DNA of 63,757 bases, filler included, from Syncephalis fuscata S228 (lineage: Eukaryota; Fungi; Zoopagomycota), in assembly GCA_025786725.1 (NCBI GenBank). It is 4 parts of 4 records of this genome, joined end to end, with 100 filler letters (N's around TTAATTAATTAA, not from the genome) between each part and the next. Parts side by side here need not be neighbours in the genome. Positions count along the whole stretch, not along the records: positions 20,745 to 43,879 come from JAHLTZ010000137.1; positions 43,980 to 55,301 come from JAHLTZ010000284.1; 2 more parts are not named here. One strand, 5' to 3'. Under the pieces are notes generated by a model. The model did not search any database and was not told the DNA's origin. It worked only from the letters and a program-made list of their open reading frames with translations. A program made the position numbers and the translations under genes. Shown here one piece after another: positions 38,746-53,225 of this stretch. How positions within the stretch are numbered: the first letter of the stretch is position 1; the number at the start of each line of letters is the position of its first letter.

Positions 38746-39888
38746 GATGAAAAAGTGGATAAATATCAACTATTGTATTGGATTGGTAATAAAGATCAAA
38801 AGATGGATCTAATAAATAGAGAATAGGTTGTGTACTCGTTACGAAACGGAAGGAATCAGACTGGGAACTGCAAATAATAAGGAGTTGAACAAACAAGTCG
38901 ATCATTCATTATGTTAAATACTTCTATTTCTACTGTCCGTTTTTCTTTTCTAGCTTGTGCTTAGATTGCTAAATCTAGAATATTGAAACGGCGGTCAATA
39001 TCCACATGGCTGTTTCCCCCTTTAGCCACGATATATGACATCTCCTAAATTCAACTTTATCGTTTCTTTCTTATTGATACTACTCTCATGTAGCAACAAT
39101 CATAGACGCAAGGCTAGCCTTAGATTCACCTTGTACCTGCACCAATTCACATGGAACACAAACAGTTGGATGAAATCCAGGTTCATTGACTACATGCCGG
39201 CCCACAAGAATTGTTTATTACATTTACTAAATCAAGTAATTCTTTTTATATACATTAACCTATTGTGGTGATAATTAGTGATGCTGGCCATGAGCACGAG
39301 TATCTAATCGTCAATACAAATAAAATAAATAAATAAAGATTTTATAGCTATAGGCCTATATCTACATATGGCTTAGTTTAGTTGCAGAGTTTCCAAGTCC
39401 AATGACTTGTTAAAGTGTAACATTGTTGTATGAATATTTATAACGGGTATTGTACTGATCCAACATCACGATTAACGTTTTCCAAGCATCTGGACAATTA
39501 GTCTATTTTACGACATTTATTATCCGACAATTAATTGTTGTTATACAAATGGAGCGTTTACAATGGCACATGACGCGTGACCGCCATCAGCACTAAAAGG
39601 CAAACTCGTGTCAGTGATGACCACACTGGCCCAGTATTGTTTTGCATTCCTTTAATCTATGCATTCCTGCACTATTTCCTATCATTGCTGCTCCTCGTAT
39701 ACTGAATAGCAGAACGACAGTAATATTGGTTCTAGCAGTCCCGCCCCTTATCTCCTTTGCCTGGGAAAAGAAAATTTGGCGAATAGTTACTGAGTCTAGG
39801 CACTGACTGACATACCCATGTAGATATTGCTATTCATTCGCCGGCAATCACTACAATCGCAACTCTATTGTCCTTGGCCGTGTTTAAC

Positions 39889-41897
39889 ATGACGTTCAGC
39901 TATAACGATTCGAACAACTCTAGCCTTTTGGCTCCTCGACCTCATGATACAAATGCACATCAGCAGCGTCAATCGCGACGTATTAGTCGGAATCGTGAAT
40001 CTTATGGCTCTATAGAGCCTTCCAGAAGAATTAGCACAGCAACACATTCCAGTCTAGCTACGGAGACGAGTACACAGAACTGGTATGAGCGTACACGACG
40101 GTCACGACCAGCACTGATGTTCCTTGTATCACTTGTATTATTCAAGTAAGTTAATAAAAATAGTAATATGAATAATGACAATATTTATTAATCGTCCAAC
40201 GTTTAGCGATATGCTTATTTATGGCGTAGTGGTACGTGTATAATTAGTCAGTAGCTAATGTCAAAAAGATTAATTGAAATTAACAGGTGCCAGTATTGCC
40301 ATTAATTGTCCGAGAACGGCTGGGCGGCGATGCTAAAAGTGTTGGATTTCTTTTTGGCAGTGTTGGTAAGTATTTAATTTAATATTGGTTATGTAATGCG
40401 CTTACATTAATGAATAAATTATGGTGTACATATAGCTATCGGTATTCTTATTGCCACACCAGTCTTTGGTATTCTTAGTGATAAATACAATACACGGCGA
40501 CGGCCTATGATGGTGGCATTGCTGTGCTGTGCTGTAGCCACATTTAGTTTTGCATTTGCCACTACTTTCTGGCAACTATTAGTGGCGCGTATTATGCAAG
40601 GTGTAGCCGGTGGTGCTTCATGGACCATTAGTTTAAGTATGATTGCCGATGCATTCCCCCCTAATAAATTAGGCGTAGCTATGGGCTCAGTCTTGGTGTG
40701 GAATAGTTTTGGCTTTTTGGCTGGGCCAGCTATTGGCGGATTTCTATTTGAATATGGCGGCTACAAAATGCCGTTTATCTTTTGTGCGGTCGGTGCACTT
40801 ATTACGTTATTGGTAGCATCTGTTGTTATCCCTCCAGTATTGGCCAATGAAGTCACGCTACTTGAACATGATGAAGGATTTACTCCGTCGGCGGGGTCGG
40901 TCTTTTACGAATCGGAGAATCCACGGCCTCTTTCACGCACATCTGATACGTATGTGACGCCGCTAACCGATCCTGAAGATGATGATGGATTGGCGCGCGG
41001 CTACTGGGAAGCCGAGTCGGAGTTTGCTCTCTCGCGTATATCGCTTAATTCGCATGGTCATTCCCCGCTTACCTTTTTTACTCTAATTTGCGACAAGCCT
41101 ATTATTGTCAATTGTATTACTATTATGGTGGCATCCAGTGTATTTTCAGGTAAGCAATAACAAAAGTTATCATATTAAGCAATTAACCAATTAAATGTTT
41201 AATAAATAGGCATTGAGCCCACACTGCCACTTCACCTTATTGATCGGTTCGAGTTGGATCCATCATTAATCGGCCTCTCATTTATGGCTATTGTTCTACC
41301 ACATATGATTGCCACACCGATGATCGGCTGGCTTTGTGACCGAGTCAGCTGCAAATCAGTGGCTGCCATTGGTCTGCTGCTCTTTGCTCTTGCCACACCA
41401 CCTATTGCACTGCCTAGTCAGTTGGATACAGAAATATTATGTTTAGCAGCATTTGGATTCACGGCAGCTATTGTAAGTAATCTAGCAATTAATTAATTAA
41501 TTAATTAATTAATCAGTAATGTAACTAATGAATAATTCTATAGGCTATGACGCCTGTTTTGCCTGACATGGCAAATCATGTTACAGTACGTGGTGGTGGT
41601 GCCTATGCTCAAGTATTTGCTCTTTGGAATATGGCTTATAGTCTAGGTAATTTATTATAAATTGTGCCAATCATTAATGACTTATATAAGTATAAATACA
41701 TATGGTAAATAGGCATGTTAGTGGGACCTGTAATTTCCGGCTTAGTGATGGAGCAATATGGCTTTTTGTACAATATGGTTATTTTCGCTGTAATGCTTTT
41801 ATCTACTGCCCCCTTAATTGCCCAAACTGAGGCAAAGACACGCCAACGCATTGAAGATGAGAGAAGAATGAGCTATGGCGAGATTGTTGATGTATGA
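39889..41897 (+). CDS. MFS transporter (DHA1/SLC18-like), multi-exon
   Basis: DMLIYGVVVPVLP, motif A GILSDKYNTRR, ARIMQGVAGG, GPAIGG, GIEPTLP, GWLCDR and NMAYSLGMLVGP. Confidence 0.9.
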
Positions 41898-42177
41898 CAT
41901 GTAGCCAATAACACAAACAAATTATATATATCTCTCTTAGCGTTGTACTGTTTATCATGACGACAATAAATTTACTTAGCAATTGACTGTGCACACGTGA
42001 TTTGTCACTTGAAATCTAATGCGCATGACCGCAGTCCACACTCCTGAACTTCGTAAGCGCATGTTCATTTCTATATTATTCGTTCAAACTATTATTCAGC
42101 CGTCCAGTATTCGTATTTCTGACCTATATTTGTGAAAACTAAGGCTGTATCTTTATACTGTACTATTCTTTTAAGCA

Positions 42178-43879
42178 ATGGCCGACAAAGAAGAGCAATT
42201 GCAGCCAAGTGAGACATCACCAATACTGAATACACCACCACCACCAACGGATCCTGGCGCAATTGAACCAGAAGAAGAGGCGGCCTTTAATATACAAGGC
42301 GGTCGTCATCACGACCGTAGACCACATTCAAGAGCAACTTCACCTCGAGGCAATCAACGTAGTTCAACTCATCATGGCGGTCGCGGCAATCGAAATAACC
42401 GTCACTCGTCTCACGTAAAGACAGAGCAAGACCCGTTGCTTAATCACGATAACAACAGCGACATAAATGATATAGATGATATACAAGCAGCCGTAGTAAG
42501 TATATTTACTATATATATACAATCTCAATTGACTAATAGGCTGTAGTTGAGAAGACAGAGACGCCAGCGTGTTTATCATATATCAACGATAGCTTTTATC
42601 GCAATATTGATTATTGGCACTTCAATATTTGCCTTGGTAGTTGGTCCTATCTACTGGGGCCCTATACCTCTATACTCTAACGGTACTGACTGGTTTGCTA
42701 AAACAGTTGTTATGATATCGGTCGATGGAATGCGTGCCGACTATCTTGATCATGGACAAACCTCAATATTGACACGAATGGCTCGTGAAGGTGTAAGGGC
42801 CGAGTACATGCAGCCATCTTTTCCAGTAAGTAAATAAACAAAATAATATATCAATAAGCTAACAATGCAATATTACTCTAATGCATCAGTCGACTACATT
42901 TGCCAACCATTATACGCTTGTAACTGGACTGTATCCAGAATCACATGGCATTATCAGTAATACCTTTTACGACCCAGAAACTAATGATACATTTTGGTAC
43001 ACGGATCCAGCACGTAGCCATGATAGTAAATGGTGGGGCGGTGAGCCGGTAAGCGGACACAGAAGCATTGTCAAAACCGCCCTTAACTTATCAGTTTCAA
43101 TGTCATTCATAGATTTGGGTGACAGCTGTGAAACAAAAACAACGATCGGCCATACACATGTGGCCAGGAAGCTCGTCGGAAATAGCTGGCCATCGCCCAA
43201 CCTACTGGGATCCGTTCAACAAGGATACAACACCGGCCCAAAAGGCCAATCGGATACTAGACTGGCTTGATATGCCTATGGGCGACAGGCCACAGCTTAT
43301 CGGTGCCTATATTCCAGCAGTGGATACGGCCGGCCATGACTTTGGCCCTGATTCATCAGAGGTAAACAATTAAAGCGATAAATAGCGTAGTATAGGCCGA
43401 CTTATTTATTGATTTATTTCATTCATTTGTTTAATGCGTTAGGTCGATTTTGCACTACGACAAGTCGATGATATGATGTCGCGTCTATTCAATGGATTAG
43501 AACAAAGAAATTTGACAGACATTGTTAATGTGATCGTAGTAAGCGATCATGGTATGACTCGTGTGAATGAACACCAAGTAATTCATCTTGACAATATTAT
43601 TGATATGACAAAGGTGGCATCTAATCACGGCTTTCCATTGGCACTTTTAACGCCTCATTCGGATAAAGGTAAGCGTGTAACGATCAGTAAGTAGCTATTA
43701 TTGATTGTAGTACTTGTCTATGACAGATATACATTCACTATATCAAGCATTGTCTAAGGCTAGTCAAACGTCAAAATTCCAAGTTTACCTTAAAGAATCC
43801 GTGCCAAAACACTATCACTTTTCGGCTAATGAGCGTATTTCCGATTGTCTGCATTCCTGACTTGGTAAGGCTAAAAGAT
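42178..43879 (+). CDS. NPP1: Type II membrane ectonucleotide pyrophosphatase/phosphodiesterase (ENPP/NPP1 family), truncated by the gap
   Basis: TM segment, [54 protein letters not shown] and VSDHGM. Confidence 0.92.
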
Positions 43880-43979
43880 NNNNNNNNNNNNNNNNNNNNN
43901 NNNNNNNNNNNNNNNNNNNNNNNTTAATTAATTAANNNNNNNNNNNNNNNNNNNNNNNNNNNNNNNNNNNNNNNNNNNN
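43880..43979. other. Assembly gap
   Basis: N run with TTAATTAATTAA. Confidence 0.99.
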
Positions 43980-45110
43980 ACCACCATTTCACCGTTCTGC
44001 CACCCAGTCCACCGTTCTGCCACCACCATCACCGTTCTGCCACCACCATTTCACCGTTCTGCCACCAGTCCACCGTTCTGCCACCACCATTTCACCGTTC
44101 TGCCACCACCATTTCACCGTTCTGCCACCACCATTTACCGTTCTGCCACCACCATTTCAGCGTTCTGCCACCACCAGTCCACCGTTCTGCCACCATTCAG
44201 TCACCGTTCTGCCACCACCATTTCACCGTTCTGCACCACCATTTCACCGTTCTGCCACCACCATTTACCGTTCTGCCACCACCATTTCACCGTTCTGCCA
44301 CCATCAGTCCACGTTCTGCCACCACCAGTCCACCGTTCTGCCACCATCATTCACCGTTCTGCCACCACCATCACCGTTCTGCCACCACCATTTCACCGTT
44401 CTGCCACCACCAGTCCACCGTTCTGCCACCACCATTTCACCGTTCTGCCACCATCAGTCCACCGTTCTGCCACCACCATTTCACCGTTCTGCCACCACCA
44501 TCACCGTTCTGCCACTCAGTCCACCGTTCTGCCACCACCATTTCACCGTTCTGCCACCACCATTTCACCGTTCTGCCACCATCAGTCACCGTTCTGCCAC
44601 CACCATTTCACCGTTCTGCCACCACCAGTCCACGTTCTGCCACCACCATTTACGTTCTGCCACCACCAGTCCACCGTTCTGCCACCACCATCACCGTTCT
44701 GCCACCATCAGTCCACCGTTCTGCCACCACCATTCACCGTTCTGCCACCATCAGTCCACCGTTCTGCCACCACCATTTCACCGTTCTGCCACCATCAGTC
44801 CACCGTTCTGCCACCACCATTTCACCGTTCTGCCACCACCAGTCCACCGTTCTGCCACCACCATTTACGTTCTGCCACCATCAGTCCACCGTTCTGCCAC
44901 CACCATTTCACCGTTCTGCCACCACCAGTCCACCGTTCTGCCACCACCAGTCACCGTTCTGCCACCACATCACCGTTCTGCCACCATCAGTCCACCGTTC
45001 TGCCATCACCATTTCACCGTTCTGCCATCACCATTTCACCGTTCTGCCATCACCAGTCCACCGTTCTGCCACCACCATTTCACCATTTTGCCACCACCAT
45101 TTTACCGTTG
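43980..45110 (+). repeat. 22-bp C-rich minisatellite (GCCACCACCATTTCACCGTTCT and variant GCCACCAYCAGTCCACCGTTCT), about 50 copies, abutting the gap
   Basis: Directly visible tandem array with two interleaved variants. Confidence 0.97.
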
Positions 45111-48100
45111 AACAATTGAACGGTTGAACCGTCGGACTCACTTCCACCACTTTTGACTCCACTCTCTTTTCATTCCTTTTAGTGAACATAAAATTAAAGT
45201 ACCTGACATCTGGGTCCAAAATACCATCATCATAGATTTATTATCCAGTATGCATATATTTTTAATCCAACAATATCATTAAGATGTATCTTTACATCCT
45301 ACTCTTAGTCAATGACAGGTTGAACACTTATATTTATTATGCATTTCAATCAGCTTCACTCAGTCCGCTCAGTGCGTTATAGCTTTATTATAGTTATTTT
45401 TATTATTAATAACTGTTTATTACAAGTATTAACCATTTAATGTGATTTGTGTCAAATGGCTACTTTTGATATTCGCGCAACTGGCCTGCACATTTGTTCT
45501 ATTGAACATGGGGACGGGTGGTGAGTTTTATTAACGATCAAATCATCACATTTGGTGTGATTTGGTGGTTAAATGGCTATTTTGATTATTTACGCGTTTG
45601 AACTAAACATTCAACCTATTGAACATGGAGCTGGGTGGTGAGCGACATCAAAGTTTAAAACACTTGTCATTATAGATTTATTATCCAGTATGCATATATC
45701 TCTATCTACCTACACCACTCCCTTTTATTCCGCACTTCTATGTATCATTCTACGACATACTGGACACATTCTGTTCATTAAGCACACCAGCACACTCATT
45801 CCCTCCTTGCGTTATATGCACTATAGTTTGACATGTTTTATATGTCATTTTACACTCGCCCATCTATGCTCAATCCAAAACTGGTTTTATTTTTGTTCTA
45901 GCGTTATTATTAACAACTGTCGACTAATGTCGCTCATTGATCATGCATATATGCTCAGTAGCTATACCACTGCTGTCCATACTTTTTACTTTGTATATTC
46001 GTTTTATTATCCAGTAAATACGCGCTAGCTATTACCGTTGTCTGTTTGGTTCTAGCACCATTATTAGAAAAGTTCACGCAAGTTGCTTATCTGCTCATGC
46101 ATATATGCTCGATAGCTTTAACAAAGCTAGTTGTCTTTTAACTAGCATAGCTGATAGCTGTTATGCTATTTTACCGTACAGTTACTATGCGCCATCAATA
46201 ACTACTGTCAGCTTGACGCCAGCTTTAATATTGACAAGTTTGACTCGTTCCGCTTAGTCATTCCTTTCCAAGGCGCACTATAGCTTAATGCTGCTACTCA
46301 CACAATTACTTTTGGTATTTTATTTGCTCCATATTATTGTATGCTTAATGGCTATGCTTTATTTGCAGAAGCTATACGTTCCTTGTTAGCTGTTTGTTGC
46401 AAAGTTTAGCTCTGAGCACTTCTTTTACTCTTTGCACACAAACGCGCAAGTAGAATAGCCTTCTTACACTGCTAGTGCTCTTTTTGCTGTTTTCCAGTGC
46501 TGATATGTTGCAATGGTATCGAACGGGCCAGCGATGAACTGGTATAAGCTATTATACCAAATAAAGCTTGTTATTACAAAATAGATATTCGCTATGGGTG
46601 TTATGTATACGTGCTTTAAAAGTGTCGTATAGCTTATTGCAGGGTAATCATGTATTGCGCTATAGCTACTTGAGCACAAGGACAAAGTGTACGTATATTT
46701 ACCATGTGGCCGTAGACAGTGCTGGCTACTCTATTCGACACAGTTAAAAGCAATAATAAACTTGGCCAAAAACAATTTGCTTTAAAGATTTTATTAGATG
46801 GATTGCATTAGTATTCAACATATAAGCCATTGGTATTTACTGTAGCTACAAGCTTGAAACTGGTCCCATTTAGCTGCTTTGCGTGCCGCCTAAATGATCG
46901 GCATTGTTTGAAATAAAGCCATAACTGATATTGCCAAATAGACAGATTTACTTGCTATGCTACATGTAAAGTTTAGCATAGATCATTTTTACGCTTAGTC
47001 GGTTAAGCCGTGTAATCTAGATTTAATCCATCAGCTTATCGCGTTGTAAAGAGCTTACCAATATTAATGTTCAGACAATATAATGACAGCAATAAAGACT
47101 GTTTTGCAATAAGTGTACAAGAAAACACACGGTTTACTACATATTACACTAATAGTTACATGTACTGAAGATTCTACTGGAATGGTTGTAGCTGCTTATA
47201 CGGAGACTAAGAGCAATTGCGTAGTACATTGGTCATAGACGGTTTTAGACGACTCATGTTTTATTACGACATTTTCCACAACTATCACAATACATAAGCT
47301 GGCTTTACCGCTCCTCCGAACCAACATGCACCTTTATCTTCTTTTTCTACTCTTTACCACTCGATATACGCTACACTCATTCGCCCTTACTGCCATTTGT
47401 GTCCAATATGCTTTGCACTTGCTAGCCGTCTAATGATTACAAGATCACTGCTGGTTGCTGCTATATGTACTAAGGTCGGTAAACGGGCGTGGGAGGTGCG
47501 ATGCAGTTGTGCCTTTTGGCTATGAAGCACTGGATATGCAGTGTTCTAGAAGCTATATATCACGCAGTGTGTACCCCAGCATGCTGTAGAAGGCGCTTGT
47601 CTGCACATAGTTGATTGGTCTTTTGTATAGTAACATTGGTACGCTTACCGTGTGTTTGTTTGCGAGGTTGCCTTGCTGAGTATCTGGCTGTTGAGCGACA
47701 TAAGGTTTGCGCTTGAAGATATCTGATATCTGATGGTGCAGAGCAAATGTTGTTTGGACAACCACTACTTATTGCGGTGTAGTCAAGCAGCAAACATCAT
47801 TGGCACATGTGGCTCATCTCGTTTACTGACCCTCTTCAATAGATATAGATTTAAGCGATATTTAGATTTGGCAAGAACAGGGCCACAATATGCTGTACAG
47901 TCATCCGGTTTGTACTAGTCTATCATTATTTATGTATTTCTTTGTTTAAATAAATAAATGTAGCATTTCTTATTTATTAACATACTACTATTAGTTGCGT
48001 TCATATAAATACAGACATCTTCCCATTTAATAATAGTACTAGTTGTTTCTGCTATTGTTATTACACTGATAATAAACAACCTATTAAGCCATTGAATGTG

Positions 48101-51100
48101 CTTTGAAGGCAAACGATTAAATTTGATGCATCCATGCAGTTGAGCTAGACAATTGCTCTGTTGAACATAATAACGAGCGGTGAGTGAATCAAAGTTTAAA
48201 ATATTTATTGGCATAGATGTATTATCCAGTACGCTTATATCCAACATTTACTTGTATCATTCGTCTATTATCGCATACTATTATGTATTATTCTACAATA
48301 CACTAGCCGCATTCTGGTTATTGTATGCGGCAATATACTTTGCTCATTACGCTATATACACTGTTTGACACTGCTTTTATGTTTTTTACCGTACATTTGC
48401 TATTCTACATATCATTTTATTATCGTCCATCCTTCATCTATCCAACCATATTTATTTTTGCACTAGCTTTATTATTAATAAAATTAAACTATTTTGCTCA
48501 TGCACATCCACGCTGTTTAACCTTCTGGTAGACAAACCAGCTGTTGTCAATTAGCAATGGCTTTGGTGCTGATCAACGGAACAATGCGTATTCACAGCAA
48601 TGGCAAGGCCAACCGGAAATGGTGCAATGGTTGGCTCACAGCTTTAAACCTTGGGTTTATCTCAACTTAGCTTTTGATGCTGTTATATATTCATATCAAA
48701 AAGTGGGACTGTTGGGAAGGTACTGAGCGATATACAGTGTGGACTGAGGCCAACATAAGTGAAATGGAGCAAGTATGGTGTGCAGTGCACTATTACATAG
48801 ACAAATACGTAGAAGCAACGCAGGGAAGCAAGTGATGCGTAAACTACGTAAAACTACGTAAAATAAACAAAATACAGTAGCTGAAATACAAGTAATGACC
48901 TGCGAGGACCATACTAAGCGGCCCTTAGCTGAAATGGCTACAGTGGCTACAGTGGCTGCACTAGAATAGGCTGAATTGATAGCTAATAGCCAATATACCA
49001 TACACTGATCAATGCACTATCATAATAAACAAACTACATCAGTAAATAAACAAATTTATCTGTATACTTATTATTTATACCAATATTTAACCAATATTAC
49101 TCTGATATGCATGTACAATTCTGGATAAAATACTAAGTATTTGCACATCTCATTTTATTGGCTTAGTATGGCCATAATTGTCGTTTGAGTAGGCAGAATC
49201 AATTGGACTGCAGTATATTTTTAGTTAATTTACTGTTAATTTTCTAGTATGTCTAATTGTAACCGTGTAACATGGGCATTAGCAAAATGAGTGTAATAAG
49301 TGGCCAACTTTAAAGATAAAGCTAGGGTAAAATGGACAACGCCAATCGATGTAGTGTGGCCAATATACTGTATAACAATATATAACAACACTCTATAAAT
49401 ATAAAGTATATAATATTTATGTCAAATCTACAGTACTAAAGCTACAGTGTACCAATATGGCCATTCAAGCGCCCGCACAAATGGTGTTAATGCTACAGCG
49501 CCTTTCCGATGCCAAAAGCGCTAAAACATAAAAGAGCACTTATTTAATAATAGATCTGGAATCAAAACAACAATGGCGTTGCATAGCTCTTATGCGTTAT
49601 ACAATAAACAGCATACAATTTAGTGAATGTACAGCGTAATAGTTGGGATGAGTGAGGTGTGTTGCCGCATACAATAACCAGAATGCGGCTAGTGTATTGT
49701 AGAATAATACATAATAGTATGCGATAATAGACGAATGATACAAGTAAATGTTGGTATAAGCGTACTGGATAATACATCTATGCCAATAAATATTTAAACT
49801 TTGATTCACTCACCACTCGTTATTATGTTCAACAGAGCAATTGTCTGCTCACTGCATGGATGCATCAATTTAATCGTTGCCTTCAAAGCACATTCAATGG
49901 CTTAATAGTTGTTTTATTATCAGTGAATAACAATAGCAGAAACAACTAGTACTATTATTAAAGGGAAGATGTCTGTATTTATATGAACGCAACTAATGTA
50001 GTATGTTAATAATAAGAAATGCTACATTTATTTATTTAAACAAAGAAATACATAAATAATGATAGACTAGTACAAACCGGATGACTGTACAGCATATTGT
50101 GGCCCTGTTCTTGCCAAATCTAAATATCGCTTAAATCTATATCTATTGAAGAGGGTCAGTAAACGAGATGAGCCACATGTGCCAATGATGTTTGCTGCTT
50201 GACTACACCGCAATAAGTAGTGGTTGTCCAAACAACATTTGCTCTGCACCATCAGATATCAGATATCTTCAAGCGCAAACCTTATGTCGCCTCAACAGCC
50301 AGATACTCAGCAAGGCAACCTCGCAAACAAACACACGGTAAGCGTACCAATGTTACTATACAAAAGACCAATCAACTATGTGCAGACAAGCGCCTTCTAC
50401 AGCATGCTGGGTACACACTGCGTGATATATAGCTTCTAGAACACTGCATATCCAGTGCTTCATAGCCAAAAGGCACAACTGCATCGCACCTCCCACGCCC
50501 GTTTACCGACCTTAGTACATATAGCAGCAACCAGCAGTGATCTTGTAATCATTAGACGGCTAGCAAGTGCAAAGCATATTGGACAACAATGGCAGTAAGG
50601 GCGAATGAGTGTAGCGTATATCGAGTGGTAAAGAGTAGAAAGAGAAGATAAAGGTGCAATGTTGGTTCGGAGGAGCGGTAAAGCCAGCTTATGTATTGTG
50701 ATAGTTGTGGAAAATGTCGTAATAAAACATGAGTCGTCTAAAACCGTCTATGACCAATGTACTACGCAATTGCTCTTAGTCTTCCGTATAAGCAGCTACA
50801 ACCATTCCAGTAGAATCTTCAGTACATGTAACTATTAGTGTAATATGTAGTAAACCGTGTGTTTTCTTGTACACTTATTGCAAAACAGTCTTTATTGCTG
50901 TCATTATATTGTCTGAACATTAATATTGGTAAGCTCTTTACAACGCAATAAGCTGATGGATTAAATCTAGATTACACGGCTTAACCGACTAAGCGTAAAA
51001 ATGATCTATGCTAAACTTTACATGTAGCATAGCAAGTAAATCTGTCTATTTGGCAATATCAGCTATGGCTTTATTTCAAACAATGCCGATCATTTAGGCG

Positions 51101-52879
51101 GCACGCAAAGCAGCTAAATGGGACCAGTTTCAAGCTTGTAGCTACAGTAAATACCAATGGCTTATATGTTGAATACTAATGCAATCCATCTAATAAAATC
51201 TTTAAAGCAAATTGTTTTTGGCCAAGTTTATTATTGCTTTTAACTGTGTCGAATAGAGTAGCCAGCACTGTCTACGGCCACATGGTAAATATACGTACAC
51301 TTTGTCCTTGTGCTCAAGTAGCTATAGCGCAATACATGATTACCTGCAATAAGCTATACGACACTTTTAAAGCTCGTATACATAACACCCATAGCGAATA
51401 TCTATTTTGTAATAACAAGCTTTATTTGGTATAATAGCTTATACCAGTTCATCGCTGGCCCGTTCGATACCATTGCAACATATCAGCACTGGAAAACAGC
51501 AAAAAGAGCACTAGCAGTGTAAGAAGGCTATTCTACTTGCGCGTTTGTGTGCAAAGAGTAAAAGAAGTGCTCAGAGCTAAACTTTGCAACAAACAGCTAA
51601 CAAGGAACGTATAGCTTCTGCAAATAAAGCATAGCCATTAAGCATACAATAATATGGAGCAAATAAAATACCAAAAGTAATTGTGTGAGTAGCAGCATTA
51701 AAGCTATAGTGCGCCTTGAGAAGGAATGACTAAGCGGAACGAGTCAAACTTGTCAATATTAAAGCTGGCGTCAAGCTGACAGTAGTTATTGATGGCGCAT
51801 AGTAACTGTACGGTAAAATAGCATAACAGCTATCAGCTATGCTAGTTAAAAGACAACTAGCTTTGTTAAAGCTATCGAGCATATATGCATGAGCAGATAA
51901 GCAACTTGCGTGAACTTTTCTAATAATGGTGCTAGAACCAAACAGACAACGGTAATAGCTAGCGCGTATTTACTGGATAATAAAACGAATATACAAAGTA
52001 AAAAGTATGGACAGCAGTGGTATAGCTACTGAGCATATATGCATGATCAATGAGCGACATTAGTCGACAGTTGTTAATAATAACGCTAGAACAAAAATAA
52101 AACCAGTTTTGGATTGAGCATAGATGGGCGAGTGTAAAATGACATATAAAACGATGTCAAACTATAGTGCATATAACGCAAGGAGGAATGAGTAGAGTGT
52201 GCTGGTGTGCTTAATGAACAAATGTGTCCAGTATGTCGTAGAATGATACATAGAAGTGCGGAATAAAAGGGAGTGGTGTAGGTAGATAGAGATATATGCA
52301 TACTGGATAATAAATCTATAATGACAAGTGTTTTAAACTTTGATGTCGCTCACCACCCAGCTCCATGTTCAATAGGTTGAATGTTTAGTTCAAACGCGTA
52401 AATAATCAAAATAGCCATTTAACCACCAAATCACACCAAATGTGATGATTTGATCGTTAATAAAACTCACCACCCGTCCCCATGTTCAATAGAACAAATG
52501 TGCAGGCCAGTTGCGCGAATATCAAAAGTAGCCGTTTGACACAAATCACATTAAATGGTTAATAATTGTAATAAACAGTTATTAATAATAAAAATAACTA
52601 TAATAAAGCTATAACGCACTGAGCGGACTGAGTGAAGCTGATTGAAATGCATAATAAATATAAGTGTTCAACCTGTCATTGACTAAGAGTAGGATGTAAA
52701 GATACATCTTAATGATATTGTTGGATTAAAAATATATGCATACTGGATAATAAATCTATGATGATGGTATTTTGGACCCAGATGTCAGGTACTTTAATTT
52801 TATGTTCACTAAAAGGAATGAAAAGAGAGTGGAGTCAAAAGTGGTGGAAGTGAGTCCGACGGTTCAACCGTTCAATTGT

Positions 52880-53225
52880 TCAACGGTAAAATGGTGGTGG
52901 CAAAATGGTGAAATGGTGGTGGCAGAACGGTGGATGGTGATGGCAGAACGGTGAAATGGTGGTGGCAGAACTAAAATGGTGGTGGCAGAACGGTGAAATG
53001 GTGGTGGCAGAACGGTGAAATGGTGGTGGATGGGGCAGAACGGTGAAATGGTGGTGGCAGAACGGTGGATGATGGCAGAACGGTGATGGTGGTGAAAATG
53101 GTGGTGGCAGAACGGTGGACTGATGGTGGCAGAACGGTGAAATGGTGAGGTGGCAGAACGGTGAAATGGTGGTGGCAGAACGCTAAAATGGTGGTGGCAG
53201 AACGGTGGACTGGTGATGGCAGAAC
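52880..53225 (-). repeat. G-rich copy of the 22-bp minisatellite (CAGAACGGTGAAATGGTGGTGG)n
   Basis: Reverse complement of the 43980-45110 array, followed by a short degenerate oppositely oriented tract at 53232-53301. Confidence 0.95.

Larger units (their letters stand above)
43980..53225. repeat. ~9.2-kb inverted duplication: arms ~43980-48333 and ~49662-53225, with a ~1.3-kb spacer
   Basis: The same ORFs appear on opposite strands (47733-47918+ = 50067-50252-; 45028-45219- ~ 52772-52954+). The arms differ mostly by 1-bp indels. Confidence 0.95.

Noticed and set aside
46400-48300. Transposase or other gene within the palindrome arms
   Set aside because: Only short ORFs are present, with no DDE, HUH, RT or polymerase motifs that I can recognise.
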